In this document: piece by piece, positions 36,937-45,333 of the stretch
Numbering within the stretch: the first letter of the stretch is position 1
How the letters are laid out: each line of letters opens with the position of its first letter
NCBI GenBank assembly: GCA_030615175.1
Contig: JAUWZX010000001.1
Location: forward strand, 460,044 to 524,043
DNA: 64,000 bases
DNA from: Candidatus Parvarchaeota archaeon
GTDB lineage: Archaea; Nanobdellota; Nanobdellia; WJKC01
Direction: 5' to 3'
Made by a program: the position numbers and the translations under genes
Notes under the pieces: model-generated
The model's input: only the letters and a program-made list of their open reading frames with translations
Told to the model about the DNA's origin: nothing
Databases searched by the model: none

Positions 36937-38232
36937 ATGAAAAATGAAAAGATTGTTTCAGGTTATGGAAACATTACTAATTTGATTACTAACTCCAAAC
37001 ATAAAACAAAGTTTAGTTTAAAGTACCAAAATGGTGAATTATTTTTACAGATAACAAGTAGAATTGACCCTAAAGACATTCATGGAAACTTCTTTTACAA
37101 ATTTGAGAGTAAAACCAAAAAAAGCCTTCTTTTGATAGAAAGATTATATTTAGAGAACCATAATATTTCTCATAATTATAAAACTAAAAAAATCTCTTTT
37201 TGTTATACTTTCAAAGCATTGTCAGAAGCGGTGTTATCAAAAAAGAAGGGTAAATATGTTAAAGTAGAAGGTTATCTAACAAATTTCTTTTTTTTTGGAA
37301 ACAAAGTTGTAAGATATAAAAGAAAGGGTGGTTTTTATTTAGGTCGTGATGCTCTTACATTTAAAGCCAATAGTAGGGCAGTTCTTATAAAAAAATTATC
37401 TAATTATGCGACTTTAGAAAAGAAAAAACCAGTTTGCTCACTGATTGAGACCTCTAAGCTCTTTATGGATGGCCATAATGAAAAAAATGATATTAAGTTA
37501 TTAGATGTTTTAATGTTAATGCTTTCAATAGCAGTAAAAAGAAAGATAGAACTAACTAAAATCCTATTTAAGGATAGGAATGGAACTATTTTGAAGAGGA
37601 TTTATAGACCTTTGTTTAAGCACATGAATCTTTATTTTTTTGAATTAATACCCACTAATGATGTTTATACAAGATTATCTGGTTTTATTACGAAAACATT
37701 TGATAAATTTTCTAAATTGGAAGAGAAGTTAAAAATGTCTATTTATTACTATCTTTTGTCACACGAAAAGAGCGATTTTTATCATAAGTATTTATACTTA
37801 ACAATTGCACTGGAATCATTAGTGAGGGAAATAAGACACATTAAAGAGATAAAGATTAATAAATTTGATAAAAGAATATTAAATGAATTAAAAGGTTTGC
37901 CTTACTTCAAATATTATTATAAACTATTTAAAAAGCAAGTTGATGAACTAATCAAAAAATTGTCTAAATCCTCTTTAAGAGAAGAAACAAAAGAGGCCAT
38001 AAAATCATTAACTCTTAATTATCAAGGGAAATCTTATGATATTTCTAAATATAGGTTTCCAAAGATAAGAGGAAAAATAGCTCATGGACGACTCAAGGAA
38101 TTGCCTAAGAATTTGAATATTATTGATTTAAATCAGCTTTCTCATCTTTATGATAATCTCTTGTTGAAACTTTTAGAGTATAAAGATGAATACTATGACA
38201 TTTTATTAAAGAACCTTAAAAGAATAGAGTGA
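36937..38232 (+). CDS. HEPN-domain protein (ApeA-like architecture), candidate defence/abortive-infection nuclease
   Basis: C-terminal FPKIRGKIAHGRL fits the HEPN R-x4-H motif (R codon at 38068), with an upstream LTIALESLV helix. 431 aa. The most AT-rich gene in the window by eye. Confidence 0.5.
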   Translation: MKNEKIVSGYGNITNLITNSKHKTKFSLKYQNGELFLQITSRIDPKDIHGNFFYKFESKTKKSLLLIERLYLENHNISHNYKTKKISFCYTFKALSEAVLSKKKGKYVKVEGYLTNFFFFGNKVVRYKRKGGFYLGRDALTFKANSRAVLIKKLSNYATLEKKKPVCSLIETSKLFMDGHNEKNDIKLLDVLMLMLSIAVKRKIELTKILFKDRNGTILKRIYRPLFKHMNLYFFELIPTNDVYTRLSGFITKTFDKFSKLEEKLKMSIYYYLLSHEKSDFYHKYLYLTIALESLVREIRHIKEIKINKFDKRILNELKGLPYFKYYYKLFKKQVDELIKKLSKSSLREETKEAIKSLTLNYQGKSYDISKYRFPKIRGKIAHGRLKELPKNLNIIDLNQLSHLYDNLLLKLLEYKDEYYDILLKNLKRIE

Positions 38233-38420
38233 TTATTAACCTTTGTAGAAATCGAAGTATTAGGATATCAATAATAAAGACGGAGAGAAAAAACTTGTCA
38301 TCTGTTGTCTTTTATTCTATTCTAACAGGGTTATGGCCATTATTGCTCATTTAGACTAATATTAAATGGTGATACATTAATAGAAAAGATTATATTTTGG
38401 TATTATAATTATTATTTTAT

Positions 38421-38960
38421 ATGAAAATAAAGGACAATATAAAAAGAGTTGAAAAGTTAATTTTAAATATTAATAAAATAATTGATGAAGGAGCATTTAG
38501 TAATAATTCTAAAATGTTGGATGGGGCAAGAGATATGACAATCCAAACAAAACAATTAATTAGAACACTTTTTTCTGATGCTACAGATAGGATGAGTGAT
38601 TTTGTTGGAAGCATGAAAAATGCTGTAAAAAGAGACAGAGGCACGAAGTATTTTAAAGAGCAAGCGAAGGTAATACGCAGATATCTTGTTGTAATAAAGG
38701 ATTCTTTGGAATCAAGGGAAACAATTGAACTAAAAGAAAGTAAGTTAGATAAAATTGATAAAAAATTAAGAGAAATGGAAGTCGAATCCAAAAGGCGAGA
38801 GAAAGTTGCTGAAACTAAGTTTTGGGGCGCATCTATTGAGATGATAGATAAATTAAGAGAACAAATTAAGGAAGATGGAACTATTAAAGAAGAAATAATT
38901 AATATAAAAACTGAATTAAAAGAAATTAAGGAGATGCTTGTTAAGATTAAGAAAATTTAA
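38421..38960 (+). CDS. coiled-coil hypothetical protein (179 aa)
   Basis: Charged heptad-like sequence. Shares a cassette with the HEPN gene. Confidence 0.5.
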   Translation: MKIKDNIKRVEKLILNINKIIDEGAFSNNSKMLDGARDMTIQTKQLIRTLFSDATDRMSDFVGSMKNAVKRDRGTKYFKEQAKVIRRYLVVIKDSLESRETIELKESKLDKIDKKLREMEVESKRREKVAETKFWGASIEMIDKLREQIKEDGTIKEEIINIKTELKEIKEMLVKIKKI

Positions 38961-39125
38961 TCTTTGAAAAGCAAAAGAAATTAAGAACTTTGGGTTGCCC
39001 TAGAGCATGGCAAGTTGCCCAACGACTGTCTCTGAAGTAGCAAACGAATGATACTAAAACTAAAAGACAATTGGCACCTTATTGGGTGGCAGGGCAGTAG
39101 CCACAACACAAAAAACGTTCTTTTT

Positions 39126-39164
39126 GGTGATTGGAGTCGAATTTATGCGTGAACGGTCTGACTC
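39126..39164 (+). repeat. cassette-junction element, copy 2 (39 nt)
   Basis: GGTGATTGGAGTCGAATTTATGCGTGAACGGTCTGACTC. Confidence 0.65.
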
Positions 39165-39172
39165 TTTTTAAA

Positions 39173-40384
39173 TCAGTATCCTTTATTTTTACCTTTTATT
39201 TTCCTTATTATTTTTTTCGTACCTTTTGCCATTTTTGAGAATGTTTTATATTTTATTTGGAAAAAAAGACCAACTATTATAAGCGTGCCTAATAATACTA
39301 ATGAACCTATTAAGCCATTACCGTCCATTATCATAAACCCTGTTGGTCCTGTATCAGATGTTATTCCAGTTTGATTCACTGAATCCTCTTCTATAACTTC
39401 TTCTACTTCGTCTTCTATTATTCTATCTTCTTCTATAACTTCTTCTGGCTCTTCAGTTAGTATTTCTTCTTCAATCTCTTTTTCTGGTTCTTGCTCTGGA
39501 GTGTATTCGCAGGCTTGAGTTTGTTGTATTACTGCAGAACAATTATTTAAATCTTCGCAAATTCTTGTTTGATATCCTGTTTCATTGCACTCACTCCATT
39601 CAGAGCAGTTATAGTTTGGAGTACACGTTGGTCTGAAAAATGTTCCTCCACCAGAAGGCGTTGGTGCAGGTACAACCCAAGTAATAATTATCTCTTTGGT
39701 TGAGAATGTAAGACAGAAATTAACTATTTTTGTTGTTTCATTATAAGTGAAAGTTATTGGATTATCATTAACTTTAATCGAGTAAGGTTCTCCTTTTTCC
39801 GCATAGATATCAAAGCATTTTTCTCCTGACGAAGTTACTTGTAAATTAATATTTTCGCTATCAGAAGTTATGGATTGAATTGTTACATTAAATTCAGGAA
39901 TTATTACATACGCTTCTTTGGTTTCTATATAAACCAATTCTTCACCGGGCGGAATTATCCTATCAACAGTTACGTTATTGGGTAGTGTAATAGTTGTAGT
40001 AATATTTTGTGAAGTTGGATTAGTTGTATTGTAAGTTATTGGTTCTATAGTTTCATCATCTTTTAGAGCGTATTGCTCTATAACGTATGTGTAGTTGCCA
40101 GCAGAATTCACTGCTGTTGTTAGAGTTAAAGTGGTTCTGTTATCAGTGCAAATGCATTTGAAAGATTTTACATTATTTTCTACACTTGCACTTAGTGCAG
40201 TGCAGTCCGGTTCTAGAGTATATTCGCCTTCATCTTGGATTGGTGAGATTGATATGCTCACTAATAGTTCCGTACATTCCCCATCAAAAATATTAATTGA
40301 ATCCCCACCAGTTAAAGCTAAAACTGGTTGAATAAGCATAAACATGAATGCTAAGAACATTATTTTTTTCATTTTATTAAACAC
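39173..40384 (-). CDS. cell-surface protein: signal peptide, Asn-sequon-rich domains, Cys motif, acidic linker, C-terminal TM anchor
   Basis: N-terminal MFLAFMFMLIQPVLALTGG. Many N-x-S/T sequons. CTPNYNCSEWSECNETGYQTRICEDLNNC. Glu-rich linker. C-terminal LVLLGTLIIVGLFF plus a basic tail. Confidence 0.7.
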   Translation of the reverse strand: MFNKMKKIMFLAFMFMLIQPVLALTGGDSINIFDGECTELLVSISISPIQDEGEYTLEPDCTALSASVENNVKSFKCICTDNRTTLTLTTAVNSAGNYTYVIEQYALKDDETIEPITYNTTNPTSQNITTTITLPNNVTVDRIIPPGEELVYIETKEAYVIIPEFNVTIQSITSDSENINLQVTSSGEKCFDIYAEKGEPYSIKVNDNPITFTYNETTKIVNFCLTFSTKEIIITWVVPAPTPSGGGTFFRPTCTPNYNCSEWSECNETGYQTRICEDLNNCSAVIQQTQACEYTPEQEPEKEIEEEILTEEPEEVIEEDRIIEDEVEEVIEEDSVNQTGITSDTGPTGFMIMDGNGLIGSLVLLGTLIIVGLFFQIKYKTFSKMAKGTKKIIRKIKGKNKGY

Positions 40385-40470
40385 ACCTTATTTTATTCCT
40401 CGTTTACATTTTTTCCGTCTTTCCCATAAAAAAAATAAAAAAGGAAAAAAAAGGGAAATCCATTTAATTA

Positions 40471-41487
40471 CTAATTTGGACTGATGTTTGTAGTTATTGT
40501 GTAAGTTCCTGGCGTCAATGCTACATTAAAGTCGTTGACGATATAGAAGCTCAGTATTTCTCCTGGTTGTAGTGTCAATGGTAGTTCAAGTGCTCCCACC
40601 AATTCTGCATATACATAGTTTGGTACATCCATATCTACTAATGGATTAGCCCAATCGAAGTAAGGAGTAACACCATCAGGTACTGACATTTGCTCATAGT
40701 CGTAGTCATTGAATCCAGTGCCAATTGCTAGATTTAATGCCCAATGGAAGTCTTCTCCAAGTTCAGATTTGTCAATAGTTATTGTGAATATTCCATCTGG
40801 ATTATTCTCACGGTCTCTTTCACCTGTTGCAGATACCCAGTCAAGTTCTGTTAATGGTGTGTTATCATAGCTTGAATGCCATCCCATCCAGCCATCGTCA
40901 ATCGTTGGTCCCCAAGGACTCATTAACCAAGTTCCCCAATCATATGTTGCATCTGTCCCATCGTTGTTGTGTATTTGGAACACTGGTTCGCCATCAATAG
41001 CTATGACCAATCCTACCGTCAGTTTACCATTACCTAATGGGTCGTATGGTTCTGTCATTGGATAGTCAATAGTCCATTTGATTGAATCGCCCAAATCCTC
41101 AACAGTTATATCTACTGGTTGTGTTCCAACTGTATCAACAAATGAATATTCTGTTTCTTTAAGATATGTTGTTGTAATTCCATCTATTACTCCAGTTTCG
41201 AAATTTACTGTTGCTGTAACTTCTGCGTTATTTGTTAATGTATGTGAGTCACTTATGATTGTATTTCCTGCCACACTTGGAGTGACATATGTGTTAATTT
41301 GTAGATAATTTCCTTCATCAACCAATACTGACTGCGCTACTGTTACCGTTCCTGTTATCGTTCCAAAAAACTCCAGTAACGCTCCGCTTGCTAATCCAGT
41401 CATTAACAAACCAAACACTAACAAAACACCAGTCCGTCTTCCTAATTTGCCTAATCTTTCTTGTATTTTCATGGTATTAATTGACAC
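40471..41487 (-). CDS. secreted protein with N-terminal signal/anchor (338 aa)
   Basis: N-terminal RRTGVLLVFGLLMTGLASGALLEFFGTITG. Trp/Asp-rich beta-type sequence. Confidence 0.6.
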   Translation of the reverse strand: MSINTMKIQERLGKLGRRTGVLLVFGLLMTGLASGALLEFFGTITGTVTVAQSVLVDEGNYLQINTYVTPSVAGNTIISDSHTLTNNAEVTATVNFETGVIDGITTTYLKETEYSFVDTVGTQPVDITVEDLGDSIKWTIDYPMTEPYDPLGNGKLTVGLVIAIDGEPVFQIHNNDGTDATYDWGTWLMSPWGPTIDDGWMGWHSSYDNTPLTELDWVSATGERDRENNPDGIFTITIDKSELGEDFHWALNLAIGTGFNDYDYEQMSVPDGVTPYFDWANPLVDMDVPNYVYAELVGALELPLTLQPGEILSFYIVNDFNVALTPGTYTITTNISPN

Positions 41488-41591
41488 TTAAAGATAGTTA
41501 TAAATGTTTCGATTCACTTTACTTTTAGTAAGTATTAGGTTTTTATGGTTCGGGAAAAATCAATAATGAGTATAACTTACTTTATTATTAG

Positions 41592-41864
41592 ATGACTAAC
41601 AAAGGCATTTTAAAGTTACTGGCAAAGAAGTATGTTTTTGAAATACTCACAGCACTAGAAGAAATGCCAAGAAGGTTTAAAGACTTACTCACAGCCTGTG
41701 AGGGCGAGAAAATGAGAACTCAAAGACTAAGAGAACTAGAAAATATTAAATTAATATTCGTAAGAGTCGAAAGGGTTGGTAGGAGACCAGTATCAATTTA
41801 TAACATTTCTAAAAGAGGCAGAGAAGCACTGCGTTTAATAAAGGAAATAAAAAAGATTATTTAA
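41592..41864 (+). CDS. winged-helix transcriptional regulator (HxlR/ArsR-like, 90 aa)
   Basis: KYVFEILTALEEMPRRFKDLL...MRTQRLRELENIKLI... shows a wHTH pattern. Confidence 0.6.
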   Translation: MTNKGILKLLAKKYVFEILTALEEMPRRFKDLLTACEGEKMRTQRLRELENIKLIFVRVERVGRRPVSIYNISKRGREALRLIKEIKKII

Positions 41865-41981
41865 TCTCATTAGCCATTCTCATCGGTTTAACATTCTAAA
41901 AAACCAAAAAAACGTTAATGTGTTCCTGCGCCCACGCAGTTTTAGAAGTCTAATTCATGGTGGGCTTCGCCAGCCAAGCAA

Positions 41982-41994
41982 GGCGGTCTGACAC
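41982..41994 (+). repeat. cassette-junction element, copy 3 (core; the extended variant starts near 41944 and carries an insertion)
   Basis: GGCGGTCTGACAC. Upstream AGAAGTCTAATTCATGGTG aligns with GGAGTCGAATTTATGCGTG of copy 2. Confidence 0.6.
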
Positions 41995-42046
41995 ATAAAA
42001 AGCTATAAATAAAACTATAAATAAAGCATTTGAGCTAGAATACTTG

Positions 42047-42409
42047 ATGTCTGAAATCTTTGAATTATTAAATCAGTATAAAAAATTAGCAGAAGAATAT
42101 GGATGGAAGATGAACAAAGAAGGATTAGATGATGGATACTTATTCTTTGAAAAAATGTTCATAACAAAGAGCATTAAGGAAAGCAAGGGATTACTAGAAG
42201 ACCTAGGATATGAATCAAGATGGCAAATTGAACCATCAGTCCACATATTTAATAATGAATCCATAGGACCTGGATTCGAATTAGGATACTATAATGGAGA
42301 ATATGGACGAGGAATAAATATGACATTAAGATTAGATAAAAAATTAAAAAAACCACTAAAAAACGTATTTGAAGAATTAAAAATAGTAATTAAAAAAATA
42401 AAATCTTGA
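42047..42409 (+). CDS. hypothetical protein (120 aa from the ATG)
   Basis: ORF. TATA-like AACTATAAATAAA about 29 nt upstream of the ATG at 42047. Confidence 0.5.
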   Translation: MSEIFELLNQYKKLAEEYGWKMNKEGLDDGYLFFEKMFITKSIKESKGLLEDLGYESRWQIEPSVHIFNNESIGPGFELGYYNGEYGRGINMTLRLDKKLKKPLKNVFEELKIVIKKIKS

Positions 42410-42410
42410 T

Positions 42411-42423
42411 GGCGGTCTGACAC
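42411..42423 (+). repeat. cassette-junction element, copy 4 (short form)
   Basis: TGATGGCGGTCTGACAC, starting at the TGA stop codon of the preceding gene. Confidence 0.6.
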
Positions 42424-42469
42424 GTGAATGCACAAGTTTTATAAATTAATTAAACATGGATGTTTTGTC

Positions 42470-42817
42470 ATGGTTCAAAGGTATTTTATTGAATTATATG
42501 AAAACAATGAAGGGAAAGCCATGTTCACGTTTCCATACTATGAAGGCATGGAAAACATATTTCAAAAAGAATCATTTACTGGTTCGGATTTAATTAAGAA
42601 AGTTAAGCCATTCTTCTTTGAAGGAGGTAATGATTTTGTGAAAGAATATGAACAATTAAAACAACTAATTAATACTCAATTAAGTTATAAAGTTAAAACA
42701 GGATTCTACAAACCAGAACCACCCGTTAGAGTAGGCCTCAACGGAAATCTAACAATAGGACTTGATTCCGGACTTGATTTTTTAGAAAATTTATTACAGA
42801 AAATAAAGAAGAAATAA
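42470..42817 (+). CDS. hypothetical protein (115 aa)
   Basis: Start moved to the ATG at 42470 (MVQRYF...), because TTTTATAAATTA is centred about 28 nt upstream of it. Confidence 0.5.
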   Translation: MVQRYFIELYENNEGKAMFTFPYYEGMENIFQKESFTGSDLIKKVKPFFFEGGNDFVKEYEQLKQLINTQLSYKVKTGFYKPEPPVRVGLNGNLTIGLDSGLDFLENLLQKIKKK

Positions 42818-42855
42818 TTGATAAGCATTAATTCTGTGTATGAACGGTCTGACAC
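42817..42855 (+). repeat. cassette-junction element, copy 5 (39 nt)
   Basis: ATTGATAAGCATTAATTCTGTGTATGAACGGTCTGACAC. Shares its first nucleotide with the TAA stop. Confidence 0.65.
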
Positions 42856-42890
42856 ACAAAATTTTAAATAACTCAAAACTTTATGATTAC

Positions 42891-43146
42891 ATGAAGAAAA
42901 GTAAAAATGAATTATACTTAAGATTTATAAAGAGAAAAAGGGAGGGGATTTATCATAAAAAACGAAGAAGAACAGGAAATAAATGATTCGAAACCATTAC
43001 GTTGCAGACTAGGGTTGCATAAATGGGGTATGAAGATATATCATGAAGAAGAAGGCAGTTTTGAAGACCACTCAATCAAGTCATGTATTCTATGCGGCAA
43101 AGAAAAGAAAGGCACAAGGAAAATGGCATGGGATTATAGCAAATAA
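42891..43146 (+). pseudogene. small cassette ORF interrupted by a +1 frameshift in an A6 run (or a homopolymer sequencing error)
   Basis: The ATG at 42891 sits about 25 nt after AAAATTTTAAATA. Frame 0 stops at 42986. Removing one A from 42957-42962 joins it to the frame open to 43146, giving about 84 aa with C-x4-H...C-x2-C. Confidence 0.4.
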
Positions 43147-43184
43147 TTGATAGGCATCAAGTTTGTGCGTGAACGATACGACGC
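43146..43184 (+). repeat. cassette-junction element, copy 6 (39 nt)
   Basis: ATTGATAGGCATCAAGTTTGTGCGTGAACGATACGACGC. Confidence 0.6.
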
Positions 43185-43223
43185 GCAATTATTTATATAA
43201 CTTATTACTAAACTTTTTTTAAA

Positions 43224-43835
43224 ATGATACAGAAAATCACTAAAGAAATAGTGCCTTACGATATACTAATACAAACTTTATGCAAGCTGCCTTATTATGG
43301 ACACGGCAAAGGATGCATAAATCATGGAAAAAAGAAAGGCTGCCCTCCACGAAAAACAATAGAAAAACATTTTAACTTAAATAAAGAATTATTCGTGATA
43401 TACACTAAATACAAAGTAGGAGAATTCGCGGAGAAAATGAGAATAAGACATCCAGAATGGACTGAGAAAGAATACCCTGACAAACAGGCAAGAAAAAAAG
43501 AACACATACTAGAAGAAATATTAAATAAATTAAGAGCAAAGCATCCGGACTGGCCGGAAACATACTACCAAAAGAAAATAACGAGTACTTGGAATTCATC
43601 AAGACAATGGTATAATCCCAGACGATGGCAGCAAACAGCAAGAAAGCAGCATGAAAAGGAATTAAAGAAATTAAAAAAAGAAGGAATAATAATTAATAGA
43701 TGCCCAGAAGCATTAGGAATAAATATTACGGGCTTAATGGCGAATATTGGAATTAAATTAAACTGGCAGTGGCCGCCAGAACATAACAAAGAAAACAAAA
43801 CTTACATAATTTCAATAGCAGGATATAAAAAGTAA
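43224..43835 (+). CDS. hypothetical Cys-motif protein (203 aa), possible metal-binding
   Basis: LCKLPYYGHGKGCINHGKKKGCPP cysteine cluster. The rest is charged and helical. Confidence 0.5.
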   Translation: MIQKITKEIVPYDILIQTLCKLPYYGHGKGCINHGKKKGCPPRKTIEKHFNLNKELFVIYTKYKVGEFAEKMRIRHPEWTEKEYPDKQARKKEHILEEILNKLRAKHPDWPETYYQKKITSTWNSSRQWYNPRRWQQTARKQHEKELKKLKKEGIIINRCPEALGINITGLMANIGIKLNWQWPPEHNKENKTYIISIAGYKK

Positions 43836-43873
43836 TTGATGGCCAGTCATTTCATATAAGAGCGATGTGATAC
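43835..43873 (+). repeat. cassette-junction element, copy 7 (39 nt, most diverged)
   Basis: ATTGATGGCCAGTCATTTCATATAAGAGCGATGTGATAC. Confidence 0.5.
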
Positions 43874-43909
43874 AAAAATTTATGAATTCATAATCCTTAT
43901 TTGTAAGAA

Positions 43910-44521
43910 ATGAAGACTCGTAAAGGAAAAAAGGCATTAGTCATAAACCATAACTGTTCTGTAATAAAAGAATTAATAGATTTACTTAACTTAGAAGGTT
44001 ACTCTTCACTTAAATTAAGTTACAATAAACTAAGAGGAGTTAAAGCAGAAAATTTTAATGTAGTCTTCTCAGCAGGCGGAAAAACAAAAATAACTAATAG
44101 CACTGAACTAAAGGATGAATTAAGAATCTGGAAAGAATGCCAAGAAAAGGACATACCATTGATGGGCATTTGTCATGGAGCCCAAATAGGAGCTTATTAC
44201 TCAGGCGGTAAGTATTCTAAATTAAGAGTTGCCCGCAAAGGAATCTTTGATGATTACAAAGTTAAGAAAGATGACCCAATACTGAAAGGAATTAAAAAAC
44301 TGGTTGCAATAGACTGGCATGAATATGGAATAAACAGTGTTGGAAAAAAATGGGATATTATCATGACTGATAGTACTGGCGAGATTCAAATCGCAAAACA
44401 TAAAAATTCAAGAGTTTACTTAATTCAATTCCATCCAGAGTTAAAGAGACCGAAGAAGGGAAAACAAAAAACAAATGCTGAACTCATTATTAATAATTTT
44501 CTAAAAATTGTTAAAGAATAG
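43910..44521 (+). CDS. class I glutamine amidotransferase-like protein
   Basis: Nucleophile elbow MGICHGAQ and IQFHPE His-Glu motif. Confidence 0.7.
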   Translation: MKTRKGKKALVINHNCSVIKELIDLLNLEGYSSLKLSYNKLRGVKAENFNVVFSAGGKTKITNSTELKDELRIWKECQEKDIPLMGICHGAQIGAYYSGGKYSKLRVARKGIFDDYKVKKDDPILKGIKKLVAIDWHEYGINSVGKKWDIIMTDSTGEIQIAKHKNSRVYLIQFHPELKRPKKGKQKTNAELIINNFLKIVKE

Positions 44522-44526
44522 TTTTT

Positions 44527-44565
44527 GGTGATAAACGTCAAATTTATGCGCAAATGACGTGACAA
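44527..44565 (+). repeat. cassette-junction element, copy 8 (39 nt)
   Basis: GGTGATAAACGTCAAATTTATGCGCAAATGACGTGACAA. Closest to copy 2. Confidence 0.55.
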
Positions 44566-44598
44566 GCATACAAAAGTATTTATTAATTAATTAAATAA

Positions 44599-44940
44599 AT
44601 GTTTTTCATGAAAGATAATGAACTAAATGATTTAGAAGTTGCACTGGACATGTATAAAACAGGCATGTCTAAAGCAAAGAATAAATATGTTACTGCAAAA
44701 AACTTAGCTGAATCCCTCGCTAGTTTTAAAGAAGTTTATGAAGCTGTTTTTGGAGCAGTATATGACAAGAAAACAATTAATTTAGATGATGACGGCGACT
44801 TTAATGAATTTGCTAAAGCACTGCTTGAACTGGAATTAAAAGACTTTACGACAGTCATTGAAGACGTATTTCAAATAGAAGACCATAAAGAAGCTGAAAT
44901 AGTTGCCAAACCATTCTATGAAAGATATGATAAATCATGA
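44599..44940 (+). CDS. hypothetical acidic protein (113 aa)
   Basis: ORF only. Confidence 0.45.
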   Translation: MFFMKDNELNDLEVALDMYKTGMSKAKNKYVTAKNLAESLASFKEVYEAVFGAVYDKKTINLDDDGDFNEFAKALLELELKDFTTVIEDVFQIEDHKEAEIVAKPFYERYDKS

Positions 44941-44951
44941 GCTGAGCTTAC

Positions 44952-44974
44952 CTTAACGCTCAAGAAATTTTGAG
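44952..44974 (+). promoter_or_regulatory. 23-nt operator-like element with internal palindrome, copy 1
   Basis: CTTAACGCTCAAGAAATTTTGAG, identical to 46074-46096. Contains CTCAA-N6-TTGAG. About 40 nt upstream of the gene at 45013. Confidence 0.5.
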
Positions 44975-45012
44975 AAAACATATTTAAGCAAAAACCTTTA
45001 AAAAAAGGATTA

Positions 45013-45333
45013 ATGAAGTATTTTTTAGTATACAATAATTCTGAGAATAACCCTGTTATTGCTCAAATACGTTTGAATAAGGAACCAGTAATTGGTACAA
45101 GAATCTTATTCTATGATAAGGACCCAATGCTGGATTTTGAAGAAGAAGTGACAGGAGTAAAGAATGATTGCTTAAAAAACATAGACTACGCAAGCATTTA
45201 TAAGATAACCAAGAAATTAATTCACGATAATGGCATAATTGAAATAAGGAAAACAAAGAATTTCAGAGAAGAACCGAATTCAGAACTGGAAAGAAAGTTA
45301 ATAATGCTAAAGCCAAGCAACCACTCTAGTTAA
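45013..45333 (+). CDS. hypothetical protein (106 aa)
   Basis: ORF only. Confidence 0.45.
   Translation: MKYFLVYNNSENNPVIAQIRLNKEPVIGTRILFYDKDPMLDFEEEVTGVKNDCLKNIDYASIYKITKKLIHDNGIIEIRKTKNFREEPNSELERKLIMLKPSNHSS

Noticed and set aside
38961-39125. Possible structured RNA in the 165-nt gap after the coiled-coil gene (GGGTTGCCC...GTTGCCC, GGCACC...GGTGGCAGGGCAG)
   Set aside because: I could not fold it by hand into a convincing conserved structure or match it to a known RNA family. It is left unannotated.
36837-44565. Reading the 39-nt repeats as a CRISPR array
   Set aside because: The spacing is irregular (roughly 0.3-2.8 kb) and each interval holds promoter-equipped genes. The repeat copies are too divergent, and no cas genes are present.
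36837-44565. Calling the cassette array a bona fide integron
   Set aside because: No IntI-type tyrosine recombinase or attI is in the window, and the junction element shows no attC-like R''/L''-L'/R' inverted-repeat structure. It is kept only as an analogy in the findings.
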